NCBI GenBank assembly: GCA_965287045.1
Contig: OZ336893.1
Span: forward strand, 27,094,001 to 27,158,000
Direction: 5' to 3'
Source of the DNA: Carcharhinus amblyrhynchos
Taxonomy: Eukaryota
DNA: 64,000 bases
The notes under the pieces are model-generated. The model ran no database searches, was not told the origin of the DNA, and saw only the letters and a program-made list of their open reading frames with translations. The position numbers were made by a program, and so were the translations under genes. Of the stretch, positions 1 through 13,610 are shown piece by piece (position 1 is the stretch's first letter; every line of letters starts with the position of its first letter).

Positions 1-3000
1 AAAATTGCACCTCTTGTGTCTCAAGTGTAAGGAAGATGAGCAACAGAAACTGCCATGTAGAGTGTCACTACTGATCTCATTAAGACAAACCAAATTAGAT
101 CTCCAAGTAGATAACCTAATGATCCAAAATATCTTCTAACTGAAGTCCCACTCCACTTTGCACTTATTAATGAACACAGCCTAGGATCAGACTCAGATAC
201 AGTATTGAGGGCACTTAGCTAAGGTGCCATTAACCTGTGAGGCTCCATCTACCCTCTCAGCTAGTTGCGAAAGATCCCACAGCATTATTCAAAGATGAGC
301 AAGAGAGTTCCTTACGGTGTATCTGCCAATATTTATCCTTCAACCAGCATCATAGAAAACTGATGATCCACTCATTTCTGTCTGTGGGACTTAGCGATTT
401 TGGCCACAGTGTTTCCTACATTGCAACTTCAAGGTAAAAAGTGCTTCAAATTGACTGAAAAACCTCTGAAAAGGTCATAATGCAAGTCTGATCTTTCCCT
501 TCTTCAGAGAAGATTGGTTGTTAATGATGCACAAATTGATCTAAGTTATTGAACAGTTTTTGGGTCTATTAAAGGGAGCATTTGACTTAACCAGTTTCAG
601 AGCCTGATGTACAAAGGAGGTCTCTAGGCCAAGTGGATTCCTCTGCAAAGGGTCAGGTTATATCTTATACCCAATGCCATCAGATCCAGAGCCCAATGAC
701 GCTGCACAAATTTCAACATAAAGTGATTTCCCCTTAACCTCTCCACTGCCCCAACATTCCCCAGAAATATTTCCTCTCTGCGCTGGATATTTCCTAGAGA
801 GTTGCTGCCAGCACCGCTCTTTGGTGAATATTTTGGTCACATACACACATTGATCTGAATGATGGGCACCTGGGAAAATACAAAGATTAGGACTAGACTT
901 TTTTAGTTATTGATTGGTTCAGTTACCAAGTGCTTCCTGGTCCTGCTTGCAGGAAGATGAAGTTAACTGCATCCAATATTCCCTTTGCATTAAAACAACT
1001 GGCCACTCTGGTAGCTGCAAGAGGAAGAAATGAGTTGGATCTGTATAGCACCAATCATAACTTCAGGACATCCCAAAGCCCTTCACACAACCAATGGGAC
1101 ATTATGAAGTACTACTGTTGCAATTCGTTCCACCTCCTACACCATCCCTATTGGCTGAGTGAAGATTTGTCAAAGGGACATATCCTAATCCAAAAATGTG
1201 GCATTTAGTTTCCATCCGGAATTGGGAAAATATCAAGCAGTTTGCTGGTGGTGACAGGGTGCTTCGAGTTGCTTTTCCGAACACTCCAATTAAAAGAAAA
1301 CTAGAAGCTGAGGCTGATTCTGCGACTCTGTTTTCCTGGGAGAACAGAAGACTAAGAGGGGATTTGATCAAATTGTTCAAAAACATGAGGGGTCTGGACA
1401 GAGTGCTTGGGGAGAGTCCTCTTTGGTGGAAGAGTTGAGAACCAGAGAACAGCGATTTAAGGTGATCGGCAAAAGAAGAAACAGCAACATGACCAAAGAG
1501 CCACTTCTATGCAGCAAGTGGTTAGGATTTGGACAGCACTGTCTGGAGTCTGCTGGAGGCTTCCAAAAGAAAATTGGATTTTTTTTTATACTCGTTCATG
1601 GGATTTGGGTGCCACTGGTTGGGCCAATACTTATTACCTATCCCTGAAGGCAATTAAGAGTCAACCATATTACTGTGAGTCTGAAGTCACATGTAGGCCT
1701 GACTAGGTAAGGGTGGCAGAATTCCTTCCTTAAAGGACATTAATAAACCAAATGGGTTTTTTCAACAATCGACAGTGGTTTCATGGTCATCGGTTGACTT
1801 TTAATTCCAGATTTTTTTTAAATTGAATTCAAATTTCACCATCTGGCATGGTGGGATTCAAACCCTGTGTCCAGTGTCAATACCACTACGCAACTGTCTC
1901 CCCTAACTATCTGAGCTCTACCTGAAAATAAATCCAGGTTACAGAGCATAGGCTGGGGAAGTGGACTCGATCAGTTGTTTTTGAAGACACAATGGGCCAA
2001 ATGGCCTTCACCTGCAATGCCATTCAATGAGTCTAAAATGAATGTGGAAATAAACCAACAATGGTCATCCACTGATACACAGGCAAGGACAATGACCACA
2101 ACCAATATTACATCAATCCAACTGGACCCAGGAGGTGGAGACCAAAGCAATTATATGAACTCTTATCGCCATTACTAATATGAGCCTGTGCACAGCTCTC
2201 ACAAGACAACCCTCCCACATATCTGGACCCATATGTTCAATTATTCCAATTGTCAATGGTTACTTTGATTCCAACTTAAGTTGAAATGTTCGATAATTTA
2301 GTTTGTAGGATAACAACTTGCATTAATTTTTTGAACATTGCGTATTTTAGCACCTTCTTCACAACCTTAGAGCTTCTCAAATGCCTCACTGCCAGTGTTG
2401 GATATCTGAAATGTAGTCAATGTGGTAAGGTCAGAATTAAGCAGCCATTTGTGCAGAGCAATGATCCACAAACAGCAGAAGTCCAGTTCATCTGCTTTAG
2501 TGATATTTGTTCAAGTATAATGTGGCCTGAGTAGCAAGGATAACTCCCTTGCTTCTATCGCTATTTTCCTTTTTGTGATGCCATTGGCCCTTATTAAAGT
2601 ATGTAGGGATAGCTTCTAGTACCTCGGTCAAGAGGCCATTGTATGTGTTTCTGCAGATTCAGGCTTTGATTTGATTATGGGCTAGCATCATTCTGTGTGA
2701 CTGACTGAGTGAGCAACAAATTCATCTTATTGAGGCCAAAAGGGATTTTAACTTTAGGACCTCATTTCCCTATTCAGCCCCTAATCCAGGCCAATAGCAA
2801 TGTCTGCCTGAAGAGTGGAGGAGGCTGAAGAACTTTGGGCAGTAGAGACCGCTGCCAGAGACTCAGGGAAATTATCCTATGAAGCGGAAGGATGTGCTCA
2901 GGGAGCAATGAGAATCAAGGGATGGTGTGGGGGTGGACATCAGGAAAGGCTCCAGGTTTTTCACATAGGCCTAGACAAACCCTGCCCTAAGGATTTGGGC

Positions 3001-3241
3001 CTCTTCTGGCCCAATATCCTGCTCATGGCACTCTTTCTCCACCTCAGGCCTCCATTTAAAATGGCAGATTGAGCCTCAATTATATTGTTTGAGACTAATC
3101 TGCATATTTCAAGGAGATCTTAGTAGAGTGAGGCAGGTGTCATGGCACCCTGCAATTTAAAATGGCGGCTATGTCACTGTGGAAAGGGTATAGGCAAGTT
3201 CCCTCTATTTAACTGCCTCCATCTTTTCCCTCTAACTACTG

Positions 3242-3556
3242 AGAATCATAGAATTCCTACAGTGCAGAAGGAGGCCATTCGGCCCATCAAGCCTGCACCA
3301 ACAACAATCCCACCCTGGCTTTATCCCTGTAACCCCGCATATGTACCCTCCTAATCACCCTGACACAATTTAGCATGGCCAATGTCCCTTACCCGCATAT
3401 TTTATGGACTATGGGAGAAACTGGAGCACCCAGAGGAAACCCGCACAGATACAGGAAGAACATGTAAACTCCACACAGATGGTGACCTGAGGTCGGAATT
3501 GAATCCAGGTTCCTGGTGCAGTGAGACAGCAACGCTAACCACTGTGCCACCATGCC
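3242..3556 (-). mobile_element. HE1-like tRNA-derived V-SINE with CR1-type tail
   Basis: tRNA-like head (GTGGCACAGTGGTTAGC, GGTTCAATTCC), V-core TGTGTGGAGTTT...GGGTGCTCC, tail GGCCTCCTTCTGCACTGTAGG. Confidence 0.85.
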
Positions 3557-3761
3557 AGCACTTGGTCTGGTTTTCACCAAGCTCTTTAATCATGGAGAAT
3601 CTCACAGCTGAGGTTGATTTCAAATAATTAAACATTACAAATGAGAGCAGGAGCTGGCCAGAACGTCCCTTGAGCCCACTCCATCATTCAATAAGACCAT
3701 GGTTGATGTTTTATCTCAAATCCATTGGCCCATACTATTGCCACATTCCTCAATTCCCTTG

Positions 3762-4056
3762 GGGTGGCACAACGGTTAGCACTGCTGCCTCACAGCACGA
3801 GGGATCCGGGTTCGATTCCCGGTTTAGGTCACTGTCTGTGCTGAATCTGCACTTTCTTGCCATATCTCCATGTGTTTCCTCCTGGTGCTCTGGTTTCCTC
3901 CCACAGTCTGAGAGACATGTTGGTTAGGTGCATTGGCCATGCTAAATTGTCCCTCAGTGCACGTGAACAGGTGCTGGAGTGTGGCGACTAGGAGATTTTC
4001 ATAGTAACTTCATAGCAGTGTTAATGTAAGCCTAGTTGTGACACTGATAAATAAAC
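3762..4056 (+). mobile_element. HE1-like V-SINE with alternative tail
   Basis: Same head and core. Tail GTGGCGACTAGG...GTGTTAATGTAAGCC...ACACT.ATAAATAAA. Inserted into a CR1 3' remnant (~3640-4260, -). Confidence 0.85.
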
Positions 4057-7000
4057 TTAAACCTAATATCTTAAATCCATTGATCTCAGCCTTGAATCTG
4101 CTCTGCCCTCTGGAATGGTGAGTTCCAAAGATCCACAATCCTCAGGGAGACCTCCTCATCTCAGATTTAAATGAACAACCCCTCATCCTGAAGCTGTGAC
4201 CTCAAGTTCTAGACTCTCCAGCCAGGGAAAATAACTTGCAACATCTGTTATCGAGCTCCCTCAGAACGTTACACTGTCCACATTCAACATTCAATTTCAT
4301 GCACTGTGAACCAGTGGATTGGGATCCAAAGCGAGTTTATTTAGCTGGGCTCTCCCCATCCTCACTTGCGATGGTGTCAAGGGTGTAAACGTTATGATAA
4401 AGTAACACAACAAGATATTTGAAATAACCAACTATGTTTGAGATTGTTGGTATGGTCTGTGAGAATTCCTTCATTGAAGGGATGTATTTTGATGGGATGA
4501 ATTGGAAAGTCTCAAAATTGAAAACACAACAATTTATCTCATTTTTGAGTCTCCCAACTCAAGTTGGTGAATGGCCACCCATTTGAAATGAAAATCTTGC
4601 ATCATTTAACACTTTTTACAATGTTCTAAAGTTGTTTTATAGCCAATAAAATAATTTTGAAATGTAGGGCGGGATTTTCCTACCCCACACACCGTCTGGC
4701 AATGTCATTGGCAGAACGGGAATATATGGAGAACCGTTAACTTTTAGTTCCTGCCTGTCCTGCCTGTGACGATGCCCATTGCTTTTAGGGTGGGAAAATC
4801 CATTCTGTAGTTGCTGCTGCGCTGCAACAGACAAGGAAACCAATTTGCACACAGCAAGATCCCAGAAGAAGCAAATGTAACCAGATAATCTCTTTTTGAT
4901 TGAAGAATAAATATTAGCCAGAACACGAAGGTGAACTCATCAGCTCTGGAGACTAAACGGCCAGAGTAGAAATTGATGGGATAGACTGTACATAGTTTGT
5001 GGAATATAAGTCACATGAGTTAAATCGTACTTCTTTCACTCCACATTCTTTTGCTGTACCATTCCCTAAATTGACTTCTTGAAAGGTTGGTTACTCAGTT
5101 TCCCTTTAAGTGTCCGCCTAATGCAACCTGTCAATGAAGTACACTTCTGGGAGAACAATTTTGAATTGCGTTCAAAATTATTTGGGTTTGATAAACGGAG
5201 ACAAAGACCGAAATTTTACCATCCCACCCCCATGGGAGTCGTAGCGGGCAAGACATGGACCACGCAAAGGTCCGTTGACCCCAGGGAGGATTTTCTGACC
5301 TTGGAGCGAATGCAGCTGGAAAATCTCACTCAAACTGCTTCCACTGGCAGAACAATTGTTATCCAGAGGATGCAGGTGCAAGATAATTGGCAAAGGGGAG
5401 GTAAGGAGAAACTGTCCTACTCAGCGAATAGTTATGATCTGGAATACATTATGTGAAAGGATGGTGGAAAAGATTCAACTTTCAAAAGGAAATTGGATAT
5501 CTACTCAAACGGGATATAATTAGCCAGGCTCTGGGAAATGTGCAGGTAAGTGAGACAAATTGGTTGCTTTTTCAAAGACCCAGCACAAGCATGATGGGCC
5601 AAATGGCCTCCTTCTGTGCTGTGAGATTTAAGGTCTTTATCCTTTGATTAAAGGATATCAAGTGTTCATGCAAGTGGTCCCACCTTGCTGTGATCTGCCA
5701 ATAGATATCTTTGCAAGGAGGTTTGGAAGTTGTGTGTTACTGGGAGTCAGGACAAAGTGGGTGGACATGTGGCAGGGGTAGGGATGCATTGCTGCAGGTG
5801 ATAGGGAATACCATCTGGATGTAGACTGACCCAAGCACATAATATTGGCTGAATGACAGAGATCTTCTGGACTGGAGGAAGGATTGTGATTTGAGCTGCT
5901 TTACATAAGGGATTACATAACACAGGCTTGTATTTCTTGGACTGTGGAAGATTAAGGGATGGTTTGATTGAGGTCTTTTAAGAATCTTGAATGGAATTGA
6001 CAGTGTAGATAGACAGGAATGATTTTTTTCAGCTTATGGGGTGAGTCTATGACAAGGGAACATAACCTAAAATCGACAATGGGGGTCATTGAGCAGAGAA
6101 TATCGCAAAGGCTTCATGCAAAGGGTGGGAGAAATGTGGACCTCCCCCCCAGCAAAAGAGTAGATGTTAGCTTAACTCTTCATTTTAAACCTGCAAGAGA
6201 TTTTTACTGGACAAGAATCTAAAAGGATATAGAGCCAAGGCTGGTTAATGGAGTTAGGACACAGATTGCCCTGTTTCTATTCCTTGAGTTCTTGACAGGC
6301 CCTGGGGAATGAGTGGCCTACTCCTTTTCCTATGTTCCTGTTAAACAAAATCAGAGAGAGTAAAAGATCATTTCCCACTGCAGTTTCATGTTTAATATCA
6401 AGCTAAGCCCACTACTGTTGATTCTAGTAGGAATTCTAGGGAGTGACCTAAATAGTTTGGATGATGGTCCAGTAAAGTCCTCAGTTAAAAAAGTGTGTCA
6501 CGTATTTTTGTTCTGAACCCAACCTCTTTTACACCGAATATACAAACACAAACTCTCTGCCCACTGCTGGTGTCCATTGTTGTGCAGATAGCAGAGTTTG
6601 CAAGCTTCCCCGTGATGCTCTCTCTTAACTCTTTGGCAATCCATGCAAGGCAGTTTCTGTTCAGTCAGGGGTAAACTGATGAGAGCTTTGATTTTGCTCT
6701 GCAAGATGATGCAGTAATAGGGGCGGGCGGAGGGCTGGAGCTGACAAGGTTTGGTCCATCCCAGCAGCAGGACCGGTTTGGCAGTCAGAGCTGGGACCTG
6801 TGATCAAAGCAGGTGTCCCACTGCCTGTGATGCAGATCCACGTAATGTTTGGGAAGTGTTTGGCTGCAGTGTTTTAAAAAAACTTCAAATGGGAACGGTG
6901 GGGATGGGGGGGTGGGAGCGCAGGAGGTGATGCCTGTACAGACAAATACATTTGTTAATAATCAAAATTGGGAATGTAATCACTGATATTTATTATTTAA

Positions 7001-7314
7001 GTTGAGCCTACTTTTCAATATATATATCATTCTTGCAATAACTTTACTAACCAAGGCTTTATTTTTTATTGATCATGAAATGTACAGTTTTTAAATAGAT
7101 TCGCAGTTTTGAAAAATGTAAATGTCATGAGGATACATTGCTGCCTTGGACTAACCAATATACTAACCAATTAACCAATACAGCTGCAGCATTTACCAGT
7201 GTAACCACAGTCACTACACTTCAAATTAATGTATGTGAATCACAGGCCTTATATAATGCAAATGGACCAAGCTGTTTTTGACATTAAATGTCTAGCATAT
7301 AGTGTATAAAGCTA

Positions 7315-8632
7315 AAACAAAACACTGCAGAGGCTGGAAATATGAAATAAAAACAGAAAAGGTTGAGAAAACTCAACAAGTCTGGCAGCATCTGTGGAGA
7401 CAGAAACGGAGTTCATGCTGAAGAAGAGCCATACAGACTGATTGGGAAGGTTAATTAATGAACTTGGCAAAATGGACCTGAAACTGGCTCAGTAATAGGA
7501 CACAAAGGGCGGAATTTTCCCATCCCACCCACCACAGGAATCATAGCGGGTGGGATACAGACCATACAAAGTTCCATTTGACCTCGGGTAGAAGGCAGTT
7601 TGCGTGGCTGGAGGCCAGTGTCCAGTGACGTAATGGGTCTCTTATATACATAAATGATATAGATGATAATGTGGGGCCAATGATAAGATTGGTAAGGTGA
7701 TTAGTAGTGAAGACAGTTGTAGGTTACAGGAAGATATAGATGGGTTGGTCAGATGGGCAGAGCAGTGGCAGATGGTATTTAACCCTGATAAGTGCGAGAT
7801 GATGCACTTTGGAAGTAACAAGATAAGGGAGTGTTTAATGAATGGCAGGACATCAGAAAGCTCAGAGGAACAGATGAATCTTGGGGTACTTATTCACAGA
7901 CCCCTTAGGATAGTACAGGTGAATAAGGTAGTTAAAAAGGCATATGGGAAGCTTGCTTTTATCAGTCATGGCATAGACTATAAGAGCAAGGAGGTTATGT
8001 TTGAGCTGTACAGAACATTGGTTGGGCCACAGCTGGAATACTGTGTGCAATTCTGTTCACTTTACTAAAGAAGGATATAATTACACCACAAGGGAGCCAG
8101 ACGAGTTTCACCAGGATGATTCCTGGGATGGAGCACGTGAGCGAAAAGGCGCGACTTGTTTTCTTTACAGAGGAGAAGACTGAGAGGCGACATGGTGTTG
8201 GTGTATGACATTATGAGGGGAATGTACAGGCTGAGTAGAGAGCAGCTGTTCCCTTTGGTTGGGAGGGTCAATCATGAGGGGGCATGGTTTTAGGATGAGA
8301 GGTAGCAGATTGAGTGATGATTTGGGGGAAAAAAAAATCACATAGAGGATGGTGACAATCCGGAATGCGCTGCCTGGAAGATAGTAGAGAAACTTACAAC
8401 CTTTAAAAAAATTTAGATGAGAACTTGAAATATAACATTCAAGGATATGAAACAAGCACTGGAAAATGGGATTAATGCATCTTTAGTGGTAGTTATTGTC
8501 AGGGCAGACTCGATGGGCTGAAGGGACTTTTCAGCATTGTACAACTCTACGAAAAGTTAACTGTGTTTCTCTCTCTGCAAGGGATGCCAGACTAGCTAAG
8601 TTTTCCCTGCAATTATTGCTTTTATTTCAGTT
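7315..8632. mobile_element. Second fold-back repeat family (probably PLE-derived), hammerhead-like core split by a CR1 insertion
   Basis: Left arm ~7315-7415 and right arm ~8556-8632 are inverted. CTGAAGA-A-GAGCC-ataca-GACT (7418-7439) and C-GAAA-AGTTAAC (8550-) rejoin if 7440-8549 is removed. Other arms lie at ~19830-19915, 45775-45900, 49705-49895, 51110-51180, 52860-52910, 53985-54085, 54575-54665 and 55445-55540. Confidence 0.65.
7440..8549 (+). mobile_element. Degenerate CR1 LINE 3' fragment
   Basis: LQEDIDGLVRWAEQWQMVFNPDKC and LEYCVQF motifs with frameshifts. A MITE piece is nested at ~7506-7590. Confidence 0.9.
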
Positions 8633-9817
8633 TAAAAAGACGATTTTCTGGTCCTTTGAGGGACACACACTTGAAACAGGGAAACATTTGTAAGGGGCAA
8701 CAGGGAAAGGGCAAGGGAGGGGGGTCTAATTGGACAGCTTTTTCCAAAGAGTCAGCACAGGCACAGTTGGCTAAATGGCCTCTGCTGCTGAATCAGTATC
8801 TGATTCTAAATTAATGATGAAATTCAGCCAAGTTTTCATTGACAATCCAACAGACAATACTATTTCAGAAGAGAAAAACAACGGCAGCTGTGCTTGGATA
8901 GTAATCAGCCTCTTCTGAGCATCTGTCCCTCAGTGTGGATCCTCTCCCTCCACCCCCTCACAGGCTATTAATTAAAGACCTTGTCACCACCCTTTACATA
9001 ATCATGGCCTCATCGCCCAGTGGTTTGGGCCAAAGACCAATTTTCTAGTTCATTGGTATGGTATTCTATATACAAACAAACCCTATTAGTTTCCTCTTGG
9101 TGACAAGGAGCCTTTGGATTGTAACAGAGCAGGAAAGCCTCACTAATAACTGTTTGACAGTTCTCACAGCTAATGTTCAATGGCAGCTTTTTTTTCCAAA
9201 AGTCAACTTGGCTTTTAACCCACATTTCTCTGCTCATTTACCAAAGTGACAGCCCTCTGCTGAGCACAAGCTTTTCCAGTATTCATTCAAGTGCCTTTCA
9301 TCTGCCACTTGGGAGTGGGTGTTGCATGGCCTTACATGGAAGCTGGAAAGCTTCCAAAAGTGCTTGGGACTTTTCTGCCCCGCCAGCCATTCATCTCATG
9401 AGGGCAGCCAGTGAGAGAGACCAAACCCTCGGGAAGAACAAGTAGCTATGCCAGCTTAACCATTTACAACCTCCCCCGCCAACCCCTGCACAATGCACTT
9501 CACAAAATAATAAAATGATACAACATGGGATGAGGCCATTCAGCCATCGTGCTCATGCCAGCTCAATGAATGAGCTCTCCAATTTGTCCCCCTCCCACCC
9601 ACCATTCCCCAAAGTTTCACAAATGCTTTCCCCTTTTATTCATTTCGGAGTTGCAAGTTACTTTCTGGCAGACCATTCCAGTTTGCAACGATTTACTGCG
9701 CGTGAAAACACTCCCTTTACTTTATCTGTTTTGCTTTAGACTGTTCTACCACTTGTACCACTGAATGATGATAAATAATATTCCACGACATCCCACCTCA
9801 ATCTGCCAAAGGTCATC

Positions 9818-12000
9818 GGGGCAGAATTTTACGCTGGCAAAGTTGGCATGTCTCCAACTTGGAAGGCCATGAAATGGTGCGTAATGACGTCAGGTATGCG
9901 TTCTGACATCATTGCACAATCACGTGATATTTGGCTCGGTGCGTATCAGGCCGTGCGATTTAAAATTCATTGCATGGGCAACATGGGAAGGCAGACCAAC
10001 CAGAATTGATCTTTTTTCGTTCAAATGCGGGATAAGAAGCTCCTTCTGCAGGCGTTGGCTGAGAAGTTGGCGTTAGCAGGGATGAGGTGAGGTGGTGTGT
10101 TGATGGAGTGTTTTCTGTGTTGGATACATCACAGTGTGGAGCTCAGCTGAGATTTTTGTCCTCTGGTGTCAGAGACTTGGGTCTCTGTGTCACCCTTTGC
10201 ACATCTGTAAACCCCAATTGCCAACCTGAAGATGGGTATTGTCTACTGAGCAAGGAGCACCTCCTCCTCTGAGGGAAGGGAACACAGATTAGAGAGGGCT
10301 GGGGGGGGGGGGTCACAGACATCCCACGTACGCAGAGATCCAGGTGATCAGGTCCATCAGAGAGAACAAGGAGACCCACCCTCAGAGAGGGCACACTACC
10401 CAGCTGCCAGGATGCACAGCCAGCGATCAAATTACCTTCACATGACTGAGGTCCTGTGACACAGGAGGCTCCGGCTTTCAAAGGAAACCGTGATGAGCGT
10501 CTGCCAGATGACTGGGTCAAAGATAGCCTCAAACTGTCTGGGAGGATACCCAATGCCTGTGGCTCTGAAAATCATTGGGATACCAATCTTTTTGCCTCCA
10601 GGTGGCTCCAGGGCGCTGTGGGTGATCTATGTGGCGTGTCTCAGTCAACTGCACATAGCTGTGTCAGGCTGAACTGATGCCTTGTTCAAGAGTGTGAGTA
10701 GATTCTTTCATTTCAGGACAGACCCGGTCAGCCATGTTGAGAGGGCAGCCATTTTGTTGTTCATTTAAGGGTGTGGGCATCGCTAGCTGGCCAGCATTTA
10801 TTGCCCATCCTTAGCCGCCCAAGGGTATTTAAGAGTCAACCACATTACTGTGGCTCTGAAGTCACATATAGGTCAGACCAGGTAAGGGTGGCAGATTTCC
10901 TTCCCTAAAGGGCATTAGTGAATCAGATGGGTTTTCCTGACAATTTTTCATGGTCATCAGTAGATTCGTAATTCCAGATATTTCTTATTGAATTCAAATT
11001 CCACCATCTGCCATGGTAGGATTTGAATCCTGATCCCCAGAACAATAGCTGATTTTCTGGATTAATAATCTAGTGATAACACTACGAGACCATCACCTCC
11101 CCTCTTGTAGGGACCCCTGTATCCAGAGTGCCCACTGATTGTATCCATGTGGTCATCAAGGCTCCAGCTAGCCAGCCAGGAGCCTTTGTGAGCGGGAAGG
11201 GGCTCCACAGAATGATGAATGTTCCGATTGTGTGTGAGACCACAGGACCCAGGTGTGCGTGAGGTACCCGCGCAGCTCACACGATGCACACATTCTTCGC
11301 CACTCGGAAATGCCCAGGCTCTTCACAGCTGCAGCTCAAGCAGTTGATTACCCACTAAAATGGTGACTGATGATAAGAACATAGAAAATTAGGAGCAGAA
11401 GTAGGTAAATTCAGCCCTTTGAGACTGCTCCGCCATTCAATCAGATCATGGCTGATCTCTCCCTGATCTTAAATCTGCCTCCCATCTATTCCCCATATCC
11501 CTCTTTCTCTTTTTTTAATTAGAAATATGCCTATCTCCTTCTTGAAACCATTCAGACTCCATGGCGCTACGGGGCAGCAAGTTCCACAAATTCACCACCC
11601 TCTGCGAGAAGCAATTCCTCCTCATCCCAGTTTTAAATCTACGGCCTCACAACCTATACCTGATGCCAAGGACAGATGCTGAAGAGAGATACAACTTTTG
11701 CTTTGTATCCACAAGGAGAGGATCAATGGGCTTCTGAAGATAAGGTTCAAATGTCTCGACCAATCTGGGGGCACCCTGCAGTACCAGCCCCAGCGAGCTT
11801 CGCTCAACGTGGTAGTCTGCTGCCCTTTCCTCAATCTTGCTCCCTCCAGGAGGGAACCCTCCTGAACAAGAGGAGGACAATACAGCAGCTCTAGCTTCAG
11901 ACATGGACACTGAGGAGGACTCTGATGATGATACCACGCAGCTGGAAATAAGGATGACGAGGATGCAATGTGAAACCTTCAGGGGACAGGAAGGCCAGGA
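9818..12000 (+). pseudogene. Decayed PIF/Harbinger transposase (HARBI1-family DDE nuclease) element, interrupted by a SINE and a CR1 piece
   Basis: TIR-like GGGGCAGAATTTTAC at 9818. Frameshifted motifs in order: RRLRLSKETV; FAS..QGAVGDLCGVSQSTAH; DCIHVVIKAP; NVPIVC; RYPRSSHDAHILR; YPLK; AEERYN; GLLKIRFKCLDQSGGTLQY. Confidence 0.88.
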
Positions 12001-13270
12001 ACACACTGATTCAGCATTTCTTCCGATAGGGTGGCATCCCTTTCCTTCCTGCAGCACCAGTGGGCAATGCCACCTTTCCAGACACATAACACTCATCCAT
12101 TGCATGAGGATGCTCCCACTCAATAAAACATGATACCCTGGACATTTTGGATCAGGCAGCGATCAGTTTGACACTAGTGTGGAACATGGGACACATCTGG
12201 CTTGAGTGGATGATGATGAGTGGACCCTCCTCCTCGCTGGGGAGGGTCCACTCGATGATGTGGCTGGTGTGGACTCCTGGGATGGAACGGAGACTGGCAG
12301 AGAGAGAAGGAGGAGCTGATGCCCTCATCTGGGACTCTGTGAGGGGAGTTCATAGGGATGGCCGTTACTTTGCTCACCATTCTGAAATGAGTTCTCACCA
12401 CTCTGCTCGCCAATGATGGATGGAACATGACGGGTGACACTGGCTCCCTCTGCCACACTGGCATTGACCTGACTGAAAAACATACTTCAACTCACCATTT
12501 GCAAGAAGTACTTCAGCAACTCCCCGAAGACCCTTTGACAGCAAAACAACAACAACACTGGTCAGTCACTGAACTCTTTGGCTAAAATTTCACGATGAAG
12601 GTGGGCCAGTGCTATATCAGTAAGGGTATTAAATAGATTAACATTTCCATTAAAGTAGCTATAGCAGAAATATCACGCAAAAGTACTGAGATTTGGGAAA
12701 TGGGATTTTTTTTTAGTCTGGGTGGGAACTTGATGCTTTGAATGGGTGAAAAGGGCATGAACAGTAAAATTCCACTCAGCCAAGGTCATAGTCACAGGAA
12801 AAGGCTGGGGAATCACTTCTAGAAACTGAAAGTCTCACTATGCTGGTGCGTATAAAGGTCCACATCTACACAAACCATCACAAGTTCTGGACTCCTCTTA
12901 CTATCCACTCATTGTCGTTTTCATTACTTGACGTTACAATTGGAAATTATTTTAGTCACAAACTTGTTACTGATGCACTGAGTGTCATAACATCAATCTG
13001 TCAGCTGCCTGATCAGAATGAGATGCTTTCTCCGATTGCCTTTAACCATCTGCACTTATCGCAGTTAAGAACAATAATTTCTGTGTAATTTAACAGGTCA
13101 TTATAAACAGCTCGGGGCCTTCGAGGATGTGACTGTGAATGGCAAACAATCACCAGCACCACCTACTGTTTTATTCATTTCAGTACAACAACCTGATTAT
13201 TAACTTGAGGGGAAAATTGTGAATGAGGCAGTATCACTCCAATGATATACAGGAAAGGAGAGCTAAAAGA

Positions 13271-13610
13271 GGGCTGTACGGTGGCGCAGTGGTTAGCACT
13301 GCTTCCTCACAGTGCTGGGGACCCAAGTAACTGTCTATGTGGAGTTTCTATGTTCTTCCCATGGCTGTATGGGCTTTTTCTGAATGTTCCTGTTTCCTCC
13401 CACACTCCAAAGATGTGCAGGTTTGGTGGATTGGCCATGCTAAATTGCCCCTTAGTGTCCAAAGATGTGTAGGTCAGATGGATTAGCCATGGTAAGTGTA
13501 TGGGGTTACAGGGATAAGTGGAGAAGAGGGACTGGTTAAGATGCTCTGTGAGACAGTCGGTGCAGACTCAATGGGCTAAATGGCTTCTCCTGCACTACAG
13601 TGATTCTACG
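13271..13610 (+). mobile_element. HE1-like V-SINE
   Basis: Head, core and CR1-type tail. Further + copies at ~13985-14290, 16430-16672, 19320-19640, 25722-25960 and 38343-38660. Confidence 0.85.

Noticed and set aside
10380-11990. Domesticated HARBI1 host gene
   Set aside because: Multiple frameshifts and stops, with SINE and CR1 insertions inside coding motifs and no splice signals around them; it is a transposon relic.
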